A stretch of 64,000 nucleotides of DNA from assembly GCA_964106915.2 (NCBI GenBank), contig OZ066917.1, one strand, 5' to 3'. Of this stretch, positions 37,478 through 50,750 are shown one piece after another; the first letter of the stretch is position 1, and every line of letters begins with the position of its first letter. This stretch comes from Podarcis gaigeae. Lineage: Eukaryota. The notes under the pieces were generated by a model, which saw only the letters and a list, made by a program, of their open reading frames with translations, did not search any database and was not told the DNA's origin. The translations under genes and the position numbers were made by a program.

Positions 37478-37974
37478 TTTAGCAGTTACTGTACTGTATC
37501 AGTAGCATATGAACTGAACCTATGCCTCCAATAAATACACTGCACAGGTGTTGTGGAAAAGAAAACGGTTTTGTGTGGCTGAGAAAGAACATCAAAGAAT
37601 ATCACTGAATAAATCCAATGAACAGAATCATGGATAAGGAGGACAGCAAGCAGCATCCTAGTCCTAGAAACATACTTGTTGTTGCTATCTGCTGTTGCTA
37701 CAGCTACACTCTGTCTTACATGACAAATCCACCCTTCTGTGCTGTGTGTCAGCAGCATTCATACTCCAATGACTTACTAACTATTAGTAGAAGTTCACCA
37801 GTATAGTTGGCTCATGAATGGCTTAAGTAGCCACTAATTAAAGTAACTATAGACTTTTCTTGCGCTCTGAGCTAGGCTCTTGTCACTGTACCACCCTTGC
37901 TCTTGGTCAAAGAGTTGGGCTTGCATATTGTGTAAGTGAGTGAGATATGTGAGTGAGATGATTTGATTGACATC

Positions 37975-38121
37975 CTATGCCATTTTAAAATGTGTTGGGG
38001 GGACATTGGGTTGTTGTTTTTATTTTGATTATGTACTTTGCGGCTTTATATTCTGGTTTTACCCTGTGCACCGTCCTGAGACCTGCGGGTACAGGGTGGT
38101 ATATAAATTCAATAAATAATA
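37975..38121 (+). mobile_element. L2-like 3' end
   Basis: TGTGCACCGTCCTGAGACCTGCGGGTACAGGGTGGTATATAAATTCAATAAATAAT. Confidence 0.6.
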
Positions 38122-41100
38122 TGAAACCATGACATCTCAAACCATACATCAGCCACAAACTCACTACTACTCTGCGGTATTAAGCAAACCATTATCTGCT
38201 ATCAGCCTCCCACAATCAGCAACATGGTGATCATAATTCTAGTCTGCTTCCCACTGCTGTTGTAATAATTGCTGAGTTGATCTATATGTGAACAGTTTTG
38301 AACACTGGAAGCAAACCTTTTAATTGGTAAATATCAGTATTCCCACTCTAGTTGAATGACAGTGGCTAAAACTCTATATAAACCACCTGCTTGCTGTCTT
38401 AGACTGTCACTCTAACCCCTTTTCTGTGTTACAGAACCTGTAGAACTTGAGGCACATGTCTTCATGCTTGTCAGATAAGAAGTTCACACAAGTAGCCACA
38501 CCAGCCTGGATAGCCCTTTCTTCCAATAGCCCAGTGGGTCCCTCACAAAAGCTTCTAAAGAAGGCTTGCTTGCTCATCTGAGCAAGAAAGATACCTGCTC
38601 TTGTACGCAGTAAGCCTTTGGTTTGTTGAATGTACAGGCATTTGATCTGAAAATAACAGACATGCTTTGTGTATCATCCCTGCGTATTTTTCCATGGCTG
38701 TCACAGTAACACCTATTTTTCTGGCTGAACCATTTCAGTTCACAATATTGGCACAGCAGAATGGGCTGCTCTCTTGTGCTGTCTCAACATTAGCTGTGCT
38801 GCAGTCATGACGACTGGTGCGGCAGTTCACAGAACTGGGCTAAGAGACTGAGGGAATGTCTTGGCGGTCATGCCGCTGGACAACCTAAATTGGAATATTT
38901 ATTTATCCGTAGCTTTCCATTTCTAGTTCCCATTTCTCAGTGGCTCAGGGCAGATCTGAAAGAAGAAACTTTCAACTGAAATCAGATTAAAATGGTTCCA
39001 AGCCTGACTGTCATGACCATGTGTCAAATGTAATTGCCTCTCAAGAGCTCTTTATGACGAGTCTTCCCCCCAACAGAAGGCCTTGGCTGAAAATGTTTGT
39101 AGGCATGTTTTAAAGGCCCATGTCTAGCTGAAAGCAAACTCTTTGACTTCGTAGCTCTGGCAAAAGTCTTTTCTAATTCCTCAGCATGGAATATGTTATT
39201 GAGACTGATGCTAGAGAAATTATTCAGCTTTAACTTGTTCAGAATCAGGTGTATGAATAGATTCTGATTTGGCAACTTTTCTCAGAGATAATGTTCTTTG
39301 CTGATCTATGATCACTTTTAATTTTTTTCCCTTTTATGTTTCTGAGACAAACAGAGTTGATGAGAGTTATCAGCAGGAGTTGTGCATTAAAATACAAATC
39401 ATCATTCCAAAGTCACTGCTGATGAATTTCTTCTCTTTATTTCCATTGGAGAAACACTTCTCTACAGTGCAAGGTTATATACTTCAGGATCACAGAGTAA
39501 TTGTACCCCCAGAGCATATCAGTTCAAATTATATGCAGGGCATTGTGGCATATGTCATATGAATTCCCTGGTCAAATGCTATCTAATGATGACCTGAGCT
39601 GGCTCAGGTTTCCATTCTGCAAAAATTGCAAACTGTGATCTTCATTATAATTTATAATTAATGGGCAGCAATGACTTTACATTTGCAGTCATAGACATAA
39701 TCATATTTTTATAGCAAGATCATGGAGCTTTCACCAGCTTCACTGTGATAGTTGTGCCACTTCAATTAGCTTTCGGACAGTCCTCCTATGTCACATTTAC
39801 TAAGACCCATATAAATGAATGCTGCTACACTTCCTGAAGGTTCAGAGCCGTCACTTACAATCTGCAATTTACTGCTGCAAACTCAGATACTATCGTTTGT
39901 CACTGTGGTACTCCATAGTCACTGGGAATTCAAAGAAAGTTACAATGCAAGTAGTTTATACCATTTTACAGTGCAGCAGACAGTGTGGGAAAAACACAAA
40001 AGTGATTATCTTTGTCCAAAAATTCTACCATTCCTCTCAAACATTGTGATGTTGTTAGAAAGTAAAGGAAGTTGGGTTTTTTGGAATAAGGAACAAAACG
40101 ACAACAGCACAAGAAATCACTTCCACGTTCAAGTCTGGAAAGAAGTGACCACAGGCAGCTATTGTTTCTACATAGGCAAAGATTCTAGATGTTCATGCAC
40201 AGGGGGTACTGCAAACAAGCTCTCACCAAGGCCATTCTTCCCTTTCCTTTGCCATCTCTCATGGCGCCACTATGCTAGATACAAAACAGTGCTTCTAGGT
40301 ACAGTTGATAACATGAAAATCTCCTGCTTCTCATATACTTCTGTCCATCAGCCTCCTTCGGGGCTCAAGCTTACAGGCTGTATTTCCTCACTTCCTATTG
40401 GTTACTGATATGGAGTTCCCTTTATCGACACGATTTCTGCTTCCTCTGAAAAACTGATGCATAATTTGTATGTCAAATTCATATCATTTCCCTAGTTCCA
40501 GCAGTGTGAATGAACAAGGACTATCTGATAGGAAAAGATAACACCTGTCTACCTCTAAAGGGGAAAAGTAGCATTAATCTTGTTTCAGAGCATTGCTGAT
40601 GAAAGTCGTTACACAGACATCAATCAACTTGAAGTAAGTTTTTTTTTCTTTTCTTCAATTCAACAATTCCATTTCTCAGGCAACACACAGAGAAAGACAC
40701 TTATGAATTAGTGTTTGGTCTATTATCTCCAGCAAGTTTATTTTACACCAGGGATGGGGAACCTGTTGCCCTCCAAGAGCATATGGACTCCACTGTGTCC
40801 GGATAGAGGTGTGACATTTCTGGTCATTGGCCCTACTGTCTGACTGAAGTAGGAGCCCAGAAACACTGAGAGTGCCACAAGTTCCCCTTTAGTGTACCTG
40901 GCTTCTTTTGGTACCAGTTCAACACATAAACACTACTGTTTAACTTTGGTGGGACATCCACATTTCCACCACAGTCACCACAGTTATGAATATGAATACT
41001 GACCAGAGAAATAGCCATGCTTTCTGAAGTAGAAAAAGTGGGAGTGTGTATTTATTTGACAAATGGAAAATAGAATTGAATGGTGTCTATTCAGTTGAAT

Positions 41101-43646
41101 TTCCATTTGATCCAAAACAAACCCAGAGGGAAACTAATAGGAACAAACAGAAGTCAAATCATGCCCATCTGTTGCATTCTGCTGTTTTGTTGGTGTTTAG
41201 GATCCTGTCCAACCTGGACCTTGGACGGATGTCTGCAGGTGACATAAAGTGGAACAAAAAAATAAACAGGAAACAAAAGTATCAAGACATGAAGGAAATG
41301 GGATTTTAAGAAAAACAAATGAGAAGAAATCAAATTTTAACAAATAAAACACAAAATGTATGAGGCGTTTGGCAACAAATGGGAACAGAATCCTGAAATG
41401 ACAGAAATGTTCTTTCACACATTTAACTCATACATCATTGAATTTTTACCACTTATTTCTGGATTTATTAGATTGCTGCTAAGAACCAATCTTTCTTCTC
41501 CCATTTTGCATATCAATGGATGGGGAAAGTTTGACTCCTGTTATATTGTTGCCTGCTCTTATATCCCTGCTTGCAACCTGTCTTCTGAAATTTTTTTCAT
41601 GATTACTTGTGTTGACCAGAGCCTCTTTTGGCAATTATCTGAACACGTGTTCACTGTTATCTGTTTTTGCTTAACACATGAATGTCCATTCCCCACAGGC
41701 AAGGTGTGAACATGGTTATGAACATGAAAGAAAATTATATATATTTTCATTGCAGTTGCTCCATTTTTACTATAGTGATCAGACACTGTTACATGTTTGA
41801 ATGTTGTATTATTTCCCATGTAGCCCTATGTCAATATAGTGCTTGGGATGGTCACAGATTTTTGCTAAGCCTGCAATCATTCCAAACCAGAAAAAGTGAT
41901 CTTTATGAGAGCTAACAGAATTCTATTGGAAAATCACCTCCCTTGATCAAATTTCGCACAGACTAAAGAATTCGGCATTGGAAAGCGGGTATGGGGACAG
42001 AATCCTGTATTCAGAACTCTATGCATTGTTGAACAGATGGTTGGTACTTGGAAAGGGCTGATCAGCTGTTTGGAGAGTCAGGGTGTGGCAAGTTCCTGGT
42101 TTGTTGGCATCCATCTGTCTCGGGAGACAACCTGCTCCTTAAACCCAAACAAGTCATCAGTGCTGTGAAAGCTGATCATCTGTTCAGCAGGTGAAAGGTC
42201 TTCATGCAGAAACATGCACTTTGGTGAAGCACCTAGATAATCATTCAGCACAGGCAAAATGTGACAACACTTATACATATAAATATTGACAAGAGAACTA
42301 ACCATGTTTACTGAAGGAGAAAAATAGCAAAGTTCCATGGTTTTGGGACTGTGTGTTTTACTTAATCAGGAGTCCAGTGTCTTACGGACACAGCCCATAA
42401 TAGCAGATTCTGCTGATGGGCTTCCCATGGACAACTGGTTGGCCACTGTGAGAACAGAGTGCTGGACTAGAAGGACATCAGAAAAGATGTGATAATGACA
42501 AAACAATGACAAAGATAGCTGGACAATGCTGAAAACCAGCTAGAAATGATAGCTCCATTTCTTTAAGGAGCATAGCTAAACACTATGTAGACTAACACAA
42601 TTTCAGCTTATGTAGCTTACGATGTAGCCATAAAGACTACATCAGCAGTTTGCAGTGTTCAATATGGCATTAAGAGAGCCAACAATTTGCTTAAATATGC
42701 CTGACACAGATGATATAGTGCTTAAAGGCCAATAGAGCGGCTTTATATTCAGTGAAAGCTTTGAAATGTAAATCAAGCTGCATTTTGTTATCATCCACTT
42801 TAGCTGCAGTGGCAGACCTGAAATTCCAAATTGCAAAATCTTGGAGAGCCTTTTTGCCTTGAAAGGGGACATGGAAGTCCATAACTTCATAATAGCTACA
42901 TTGTTGAACAACCTAATTTAATAATAGATGGAATGAGAAATGAAAGTGGATAAAGGATCATAATGAGATGGCACAATTGCTATAGAAAGATATCTTTAGA
43001 CGTATTATTATGCCCAGTGAAGATGAATTCTATTTCTTGGCTGCTACCTGCCAAATCTTCAAATGGTATAAATCTGGATGCAGCTTCTCTACCTTAAAGT
43101 GCTAACACTGCAGAAGTTGAAGTACTGATCTGGTGTCTAACAATTTTGTATTTCTTCTGACTAACTTGAAATGTTCTCCCAGGAGTCATTTCCAAGATTG
43201 TCAGGTGCAACTGATGCATAGCATCTGGTCCTGTTTATTGTCAGTATGTCCAAACACTTATTTTCCCATATACTGAAGCGCTGTCTGTTGCCATTGTTTT
43301 TAAACAAATGCTCTTGCTCTGGGTTTCTGGGAGGCATGGAGAAAGTAAGTTCTTGGTTTTGTTGTTTAGGCAAATCCATTTTCTGTGATCCTGCATTTGT
43401 CAGCGTTATTTAGGTTTCAATCCAGTATTCTTCTGGTTGCTCAGGCCACAACTCTGATCCTTTGGCGCTTGGAGGATGAGTGCAGTTTCATCCCACCTTT
43501 AAACTCAATTACCAGCCTGGGTCAACTGACATACTGAGCACTAGTCTCTTTTGCAATGTGCTGATACAAATGAGGCCAGTATCCATGCATAGTTTTTCCT
43601 TGCTGGTTACGGGAGATAGATCATGAAACATCTGAATTATTTATGG

Positions 43647-43782
43647 CAGGCTTCCTCAACCTCGGCCCTCCAGATGTTTTGAGACTACAGTTCCTAGCAT
43701 CTCTGACCACTGGTCCTGCTAGCTAGGGTTCATGGGAGTTGTAGGCCAAAAGCATCTGGAGGGCTGAGGTTGAGGAAGCCTG
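43647..43782. mobile_element. Palindromic hAT MITE
   Basis: TIRs CAGGCTTCCTCAACCTC / GAGGTTGAGGAAGCCTG with a perfect 8-bp TSD ATTTATGG. Confidence 0.93.
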
Positions 43783-46700
43783 ATTTATGGGATAGCATGA
43801 TCTGAGGGCTGGGAACTGAGAAGATTTTTACTTCATATGGATCGATGAGTTTCCTCCAGGAGAAGTACACACCACTAAGGTTTAGGCTCTCTGTCCTCAC
43901 CAAGTCTTTGTTACTTCAAGGGAGTTAACATCATTGACAAGGTAGGATTCAGCTTGCCTTGCCCTGACCAAGCCAGAGCAGCCTGGAAAGCTTCTCTGTC
44001 CTGTGACCAGGGTCAGCCTCCCTGGCTAACACAACTTGTTTTCCTCCCAGTTTCCTTTTCTTCCTTGAGGTGGAAGGAAGGGTTCTCCTGCCCTCCTTGA
44101 AAAGGGCTCTTCTGAGGATGCCACAGCAGGCTTGGCTCATCCACTCCTGTGCTTCAGCTGTCCATCCATCAATGCCCTCCTTGAATAGGCTCCTGACAGT
44201 CAGCACACCAGGGTGATATCATCACTGGCCATGGCAAATTAGAAGGGTGCCCTGTCTGAACTGAGCAGAATGGCAGAAGTAGGACAGTAGTGCCCCTTGT
44301 CACAGTGAGTAATGATGATCATAATTATAGAAAATTAGAATAAAAGGCCATAGGAAAGTATGTCATGCTGAAGAAGCACATCACTCTGGGGTCTAGGAAA
44401 TGAAATTATGGGCTTTTAGACAGAGGGAAATTTGTGTAATCCATCAAGGACAAGGGAGATGGTTTTGGCTATAGTATGGCACCATATTAAAAAAATTCTT
44501 TCCAGAGCACTGTGCATTATGTTGCATTACCGAATGTCAACAAGCATGTTTTTGCTTGCTGTTTCCTGACGGCCCACACCCTTTTTTGGTATGATCTCCC
44601 ATCTGCTTGAATCATTGCCTACTTCCATTTCCTCTTATGCTTATATCCAAGTTTTGGAAAGTATAAATATATTTCTGTTACTCATTTTAGTAACCTTTCT
44701 GTGCTCATAAATAAGGAAGACATGTCTTACATGTAATAAACAAAGCTACACATTCTAAGTAGTAACAAAGCATGTTGAATATTGTTGTGATATGTGCAGT
44801 TTAACTGGTAGGGTCAGACAGGAACAAACTGAGGCAAGGGAAAAGAGGTTCATAGCATTATGAAGCAGACATATGTGAAGCACTTTGGATTCTCTAAAGC
44901 ACTACATAAATGCTAAGAGTTATTAGGACATTTTCAATACTAAGAACCAAGGAATGTCAAACTTGAAAAATTCTGCTTCAATGGCCAATAAAGTTGTCCT
45001 TTCTAAAAAGATTGCTACCTGCTTAAGAAATGTACCGTTAATAATGAAATAGGAACAGCTTCACTGCAACACTAATCCTATGTGATGTAAATTAAGTTTT
45101 TGAAACTAACCATCATGTTTCTCACTAACATCTAGTTTGGAGCTAGAGTTAGAATCCTCAAGAATTTGCACCATTTTTATCCTGGCTCTACCTATTTGAT
45201 ATCTCAGACCATTAGTTAATATACCATATTAATATACCATCTCTTAATATACCATCTGCCTGCAAAGCTGGTGGAAAGCTAGCATGTCAAATCATTTGTT
45301 CCCTGATGTCACAGCTTTCTATATGCAGGAAGTAATACAGGAGTAATTTTAAGCAAGACACACACACACCTGCCCCCAGTAGAGGCTTGTGGCCATGCAC
45401 AATGTATCTGCCAGCTCATTCAATGCCACAAAGCTGCGAGAGATCTAGAGGCATAAAAATCAAACACTGGGGGATCCAAAATGCAAGGAACTAAAATACT
45501 GTACTTAAAATCAACAATGGCAATTCATTGTTTGTAGACACTTTTCAAAGGTATCCTCTTAGTTAACAATGTATGCTAATAACTTGGTTATTACGGGGCC
45601 CAATTTCTTGCTCCTACTGCACATACCTGTAAATCTGCCACTGAGGGTTAAACTAAAAGAGATTTTGTCCAGAATCTCTGCTCTCTTGGAAAAAAATGGC
45701 TGATGATGAAATAACTTGAAAAGTGCACAAGCAGAGTGAAGAAAAATTAAGTTACACAACAAATTGCTATTTTCAAGAAGAGAACTAGCTGGATGGCTAA
45801 AGAGTGTTCTTAGTAGCTTGAGCCACACACCCTAAATGCTTTGTCCATTTATTTATGTATTTATCAGGTTATTTATTTAGTTTTTAAAAATCCAGAGTAT
45901 CACATGTCTCGTATCTATAAATCAGTGAGTTGTAGGTTGTCAGTTCATTCCATTATGAATTACGCATGTACATAGGACAGCTGCTGTCATATAGGAAAGC
46001 AATCAATATATTTTTGCTTTTCATCTTTTTTAGAAATGCCTTGATAGTTGAGGATGTCCTCTGTTTCCTGACTGCTTATAGCTACAGAAGACAATCTCCA
46101 GTGGTGTTTTCCTCATGTTAAGTGACTCTAAACACACACTTGCTCAGGAGAAGGTCCCATTTAACACAGTGGGACTTCCCTCTGAGTAAAAATGCATAGG
46201 ATAGCCCTGCACTTCACCAAAGGCCAAAAGCAGTTTTATAGCCCAAACTTGATCTCATCCTCGTCTTAATCGGCCTGCAGTCCTATCCTCACTTACCTAG
46301 AAGGAAGTGCTATTGAACTGAGTGGGACACACTTTTGAGTATAATAAGTGGTCCCAGCCATTAACATGAAGAGGCTTGATGCACAACATATACTGTAGAG
46401 CTTTCTTTCTTTGAAGCAGTGCCAAAACAATATTAAAACATTGTCAGGGATTCATTGTGAAATAACTGAAACACAACTCTGGACTTAGGAAAAGCCTTTG
46501 AGTTTAGCAAGGATACCTTACATATTTGTTCTATGCCTTTTATGCACATTAGGGATTAATACTCCATACTTTTAACAAGTTCCAGGCCAGTTTACAAAAA
46601 GTTAAGATTACGGTACTCTAAAGCAAATGAAAACAAAAACATCAGAACATCTCACTATAAGAGAGCAGTCTAAAAGCTGCTACAAGAATCACTTGTCTGC

Positions 46701-47794
46701 CTTTCATGCGGCCTCTTTTGACCTTTCCTGCTTTGACAAAGTCTTCTGTGTCCAAATCCCCAGCTTGGGACCTTATGTGGATATACACGTATAACTCTTT
46801 ATGTTTTCATTTTCAGAGTGCCCTGTCTAAAAGGCTTAGGACAGACCACAGCTTTCAACAGAGATACCAAAAAAAAAAAACTTAATCTAAAATAATCCCA
46901 TGCATGCTTAATCCACAAATACAACTTTTTGACCAAGGCTTCTAATTCTGCTTTATCTCAACAGAAACTGTTTTCTTTGAGACACTTTCACTTTCCTTTT
47001 CACATTTCCTCTGGACAAATCAAGGTAAATTCACTGCAGGTAGACCTTGATTAGCCACAAGGCTTTCCACATGTCCCACGCCTTTGTGGCTCTGGGGCTG
47101 ATCTCTTTCCTCCTGTGGCTTGTGCTGCATAACCTCCTTTCTCCCTTACGTCATGTGCAAAGCAATCCTTTTTCTTCTGTGTTAACATGCTCAGTAATCT
47201 GCCTGGAAAGGCACCAGCTTGCCCTAACAGAATGATCCCCATCACCTTCACCTCAGGCATAGGATCACGTGGTGGGAGATTACATGATTAAGATGTATTT
47301 TCAGTCTTGTTATTGCTGGTTGTAAACCATTCAAGCTTCACGCCCACCTGCCTTTTGTACCATGTCAGCCGCCTCAATAAACCTCATAGATAGTCAGCTC
47401 TCCTTCATTTTCTCCAGCAGTTACTTTTTAAGTAAGCATCTGATGGTCAAATGCCATCAATTTGCCAGTGTATTTCCAGGAGCCGGTGATAATGCTTCTG
47501 TATCATATTTACCACTGCCAAAAGCAAAAGAAAACATTTTTAGGGAATAAAATATGTCAGAGACAGCTCCTGCCATCATTGCTGGAGAAAGTGGTAAACC
47601 CACACTACTTTCATTTCTGCCTACTTGTAGCATTTATTTTTGGACCAATAAAATAAATGCCTGTGTGTTTAACTCTATCTTGGTGGACATCACCAAGGAG
47701 ATTGGCATAAACTGGCCTGGAGTTTATTATACTTGAAGATGATAGTTACTTAGAATCCCAGTGCTTGTTTCTTCCCTGCTTCCCCACACTCTGA

Positions 47795-47895
47795 GATAAG
47801 AGCCCAAAAGTTCCTCTGGATTAGACCCAAGGCCTGTCTGGTTCGTAATCCTCACAGTGGCCAACCAGATATCTGTGGGAAGCCCTCTCCAGCAA
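47795..47895 (-). mobile_element. CR1 3' tail fragment
   Basis: CTGGATTAGACCCAAGGCC..CTCACAGTGGCCAACCAG..TGGGAAGCCC. A plus-strand relative lies at about 42415-42480. Confidence 0.6.
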
Positions 47896-50129
47896 CTGGT
47901 CAAAAACAAGAGCTGGACTCAAAATCATATGCTTTGTCTACTAGAAGCAGTTCTATACCATAGATTCAGGGAGTTCCTGCACTTAAATGAATGTACAATC
48001 TCATGATGCAATCATTACTGTCTTCTTGTGGGCAGAAGCAGGGAAAAGAGGTAGAAAGGAGAAGCAGTAAAAGCACTGACACAGGATAGTTTAAGGGTTG
48101 AAAACCATCAAAGGGATATGAGACAACTCAATTTTATTTGACATTACAATAATGACAAGTACGATCTAGTACACCTAATGACAAGTACGACCCAGTACAC
48201 TCAGAAGGCTCCACTACAATAAACTTGTCCATGTCACCTCAATGACAATAAATCTGTTCAGAAGGCTCTAGCCACAAGAGGAGATAATTATCAAATGATG
48301 ATGACTCACTGCTTGCTCTTGACACCTACAGTAAAGTGGGATAATCTGTCCCTCTGATCATCATTTACAGGTGAGCCATAGACCTTTTCCTGTTAGTCCA
48401 GGGTAAGTCTTCACCAACAGAACAGGCAGACTGTCCTGGAATAACTTACCAGGACGTCCCTTTTGAAAGCCTATGTATCACCTTGTTTTAAATTTAAAAC
48501 AACTGGAACAGATTGGTGTTCCTTTTTTAACTGTTCCTTTTATAATACTTTCTGCAAAGCAGTAAACAGATTCCCAAGCCACTCCCTGTTCTATCCTGTG
48601 ATACTATTGCCATCCAAACAAATATATCGATGTCAGCAAACTAATCCAGTACTGTCAGCAAACCAATATGGTAAATTCAGCAGAATAATGGATGAATCCT
48701 AATCAATGCATGCACAAAAGTTCAGCAACATGTTCTCCAACTACTATTACATTTAGATCTTAAGGCACATCTTAAGCCAATTCTATCCCTTAGTAATGAC
48801 TCCTTCCACTACTTCATGGATAATGTAATTCAAGCAATCTCTTCATGCTCATGTCTTTGGGCCCCCATTAATTTCACCAGCAGCCAAGTTCTAAAAGAGT
48901 CTTACCATATTGGCTGCTTCAGCAAGCCATAATCTCCTGGTTGCTTTTGCTAGGCAGTACACCCCCTTATAACCAGAACTTTGGCAACTCACCTTCTATG
49001 GGTGTTCTTCATTAGGGTATGAAGAGGCTCCCTGAGATACAAAGGGTGGAGGGTGCAGATCCCTGACATGTCCCAAATCTGAACTTTTAGTATATATGCA
49101 ATTTCCCCAAGGACTTTCTGTTGTGTCGACATTTAAATAAAATTAAAATGTGTAATTCTTGTTGAAATAGGAGCCGCACAAGATAACCATACCCTCGGCA
49201 TTTGCACCAGCAATTAAAAATGTAAAAAAAAGAAGAAGCAACTGCCAAGGTGGATTTTGTACTAGAAGTCTAATTTTTAAATCAAAATTGGCAGGAACAG
49301 TAAATTAATTAATCCGGAATTACAATGGAACTGCTAGGAAAGTACCTATGACATTCAAATTAATACCAAAAGTGCATCAAATGATTAATGTTACTACGAT
49401 GAACATCAGAGAAATTAATAAAGATTAGGCCAATTATTACAAAGTGTCACACACTAGAGATAGTTCATTGCAAATGTGATGTACACCATGGAAATGGGCA
49501 ATTGCTTTCCCCCAGAAAAGTCATGTTAATAGAACGATAAAGATCTGGTGGAAAATTGGAGCACCTAGAAAGTCTTTCCGAAAAGCTTCTCCTACGATGC
49601 ATGTATCCACATTTCCATTGTTCTGCCTGATCTTTATGGCTTAACAGACACATATTTGATATGCAGCGTTGTGCATGGCCAGCTTTTGGTTGGTGGAAGA
49701 CAAAAGGACATTTGGTTGCTTAGTTACATACTGGGAAACAAGTTCTTTAATATAGAGTGAATGTTAAAGAAACTTGCAGCTTAGTTCTTGTTGCAATTAG
49801 GAAGCAGAATCATTTCAGAAGTGGTCTGTGTACAAGTTCTATTGATATTTATGCAATACCAGTAGTGCTCTGTTAATCTATCAAGCCAAATATTTTTCCC
49901 CAGAACTTAAAACCTGCTCATGTATAGCTGATACAGGAGTTGGGCATTACTGAAATGTGTATAGTACTTCAGTGACTAAACATTATGATGAATCTAACAA
50001 ACAACACATGGATTTTCCTTTATATTTTGTCATCTGTAGGGTGATATCACACAATCCTGAAAGATTCATACTCAAATGGAAATATTTTTAAAACAACTAC
50101 AAACATGAAGGAGCAGCGGCATTAGAGGA

Positions 50130-50750
50130 ACACAGAATGGAACTTAACTGCTGGTTCTGCACAGCAAGAAGTTGATAGAACTCTTTTAAAAATGATCTCT
50201 GGGGGAAAGCCAACAGAAGCGGGAGTAGTATTCACTTCAGGATTTATCATTCCTAAGGGATGGGGATGAAAATGTTCTCTCCCTACCCCCAGGGGAATCA
50301 TGTGGAAAGAGGCCAAGAACCTACAGCAGAACATGACAGCCAGTCAAAGAGGCCAAATGGTGACAGGAAAAACATGCACATGATGGAAAGAAAGGGACAC
50401 CATGTGCCGATGTTTCTATGCTAATGCTAGAACCCCCAAAGTTAAGATGGGCAAGCTGGAATGCTTGGCTATAAAGGAGAACATAGATCTAGTGAACATA
50501 ACGGAAACGGAATGGAGAGAACCAGCAGAATACAGTCATACTTCAAGACAATCTCAGTGGGAAAGAAAGCTACACTTGCTAACAGGAAGAAATGTTCAGA
50601 ATGGAACAGACTGCCCTGGGAGGTGGTTGGGTCTTCTTCTCTTGAGGAACTTAAACAGAGTGCATCCAGCATTGCTGGTCCTGCCTGCAGTGGTAGATTG
50701 GATTAGATGCCTTCCAAGTTCCCTTCCAACCCAATGATCCTATGATTCTA
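50130..50750 (+). mobile_element. CR1 LINE remnant: ORF1 end and endonuclease start joined to a CR1 3' tail
   Basis: CFYANARTPKVKMGKLECLAIKENIDLVNITET is the APE endonuclease N-terminus. It is followed by WNRLPWEVVGSSSLEELKQ and a TGATCCTATGATTCTA tail. Confidence 0.85.

Noticed and set aside
39815-40408. 197-aa ORF
   Set aside because: No recognisable domain, composition like translated non-coding DNA, and no supporting gene structure.
48150-48270. Short direct repeats resembling a CRISPR-like array
   Set aside because: Only two imperfect adjacent units with no regular spacers, in eukaryotic DNA.
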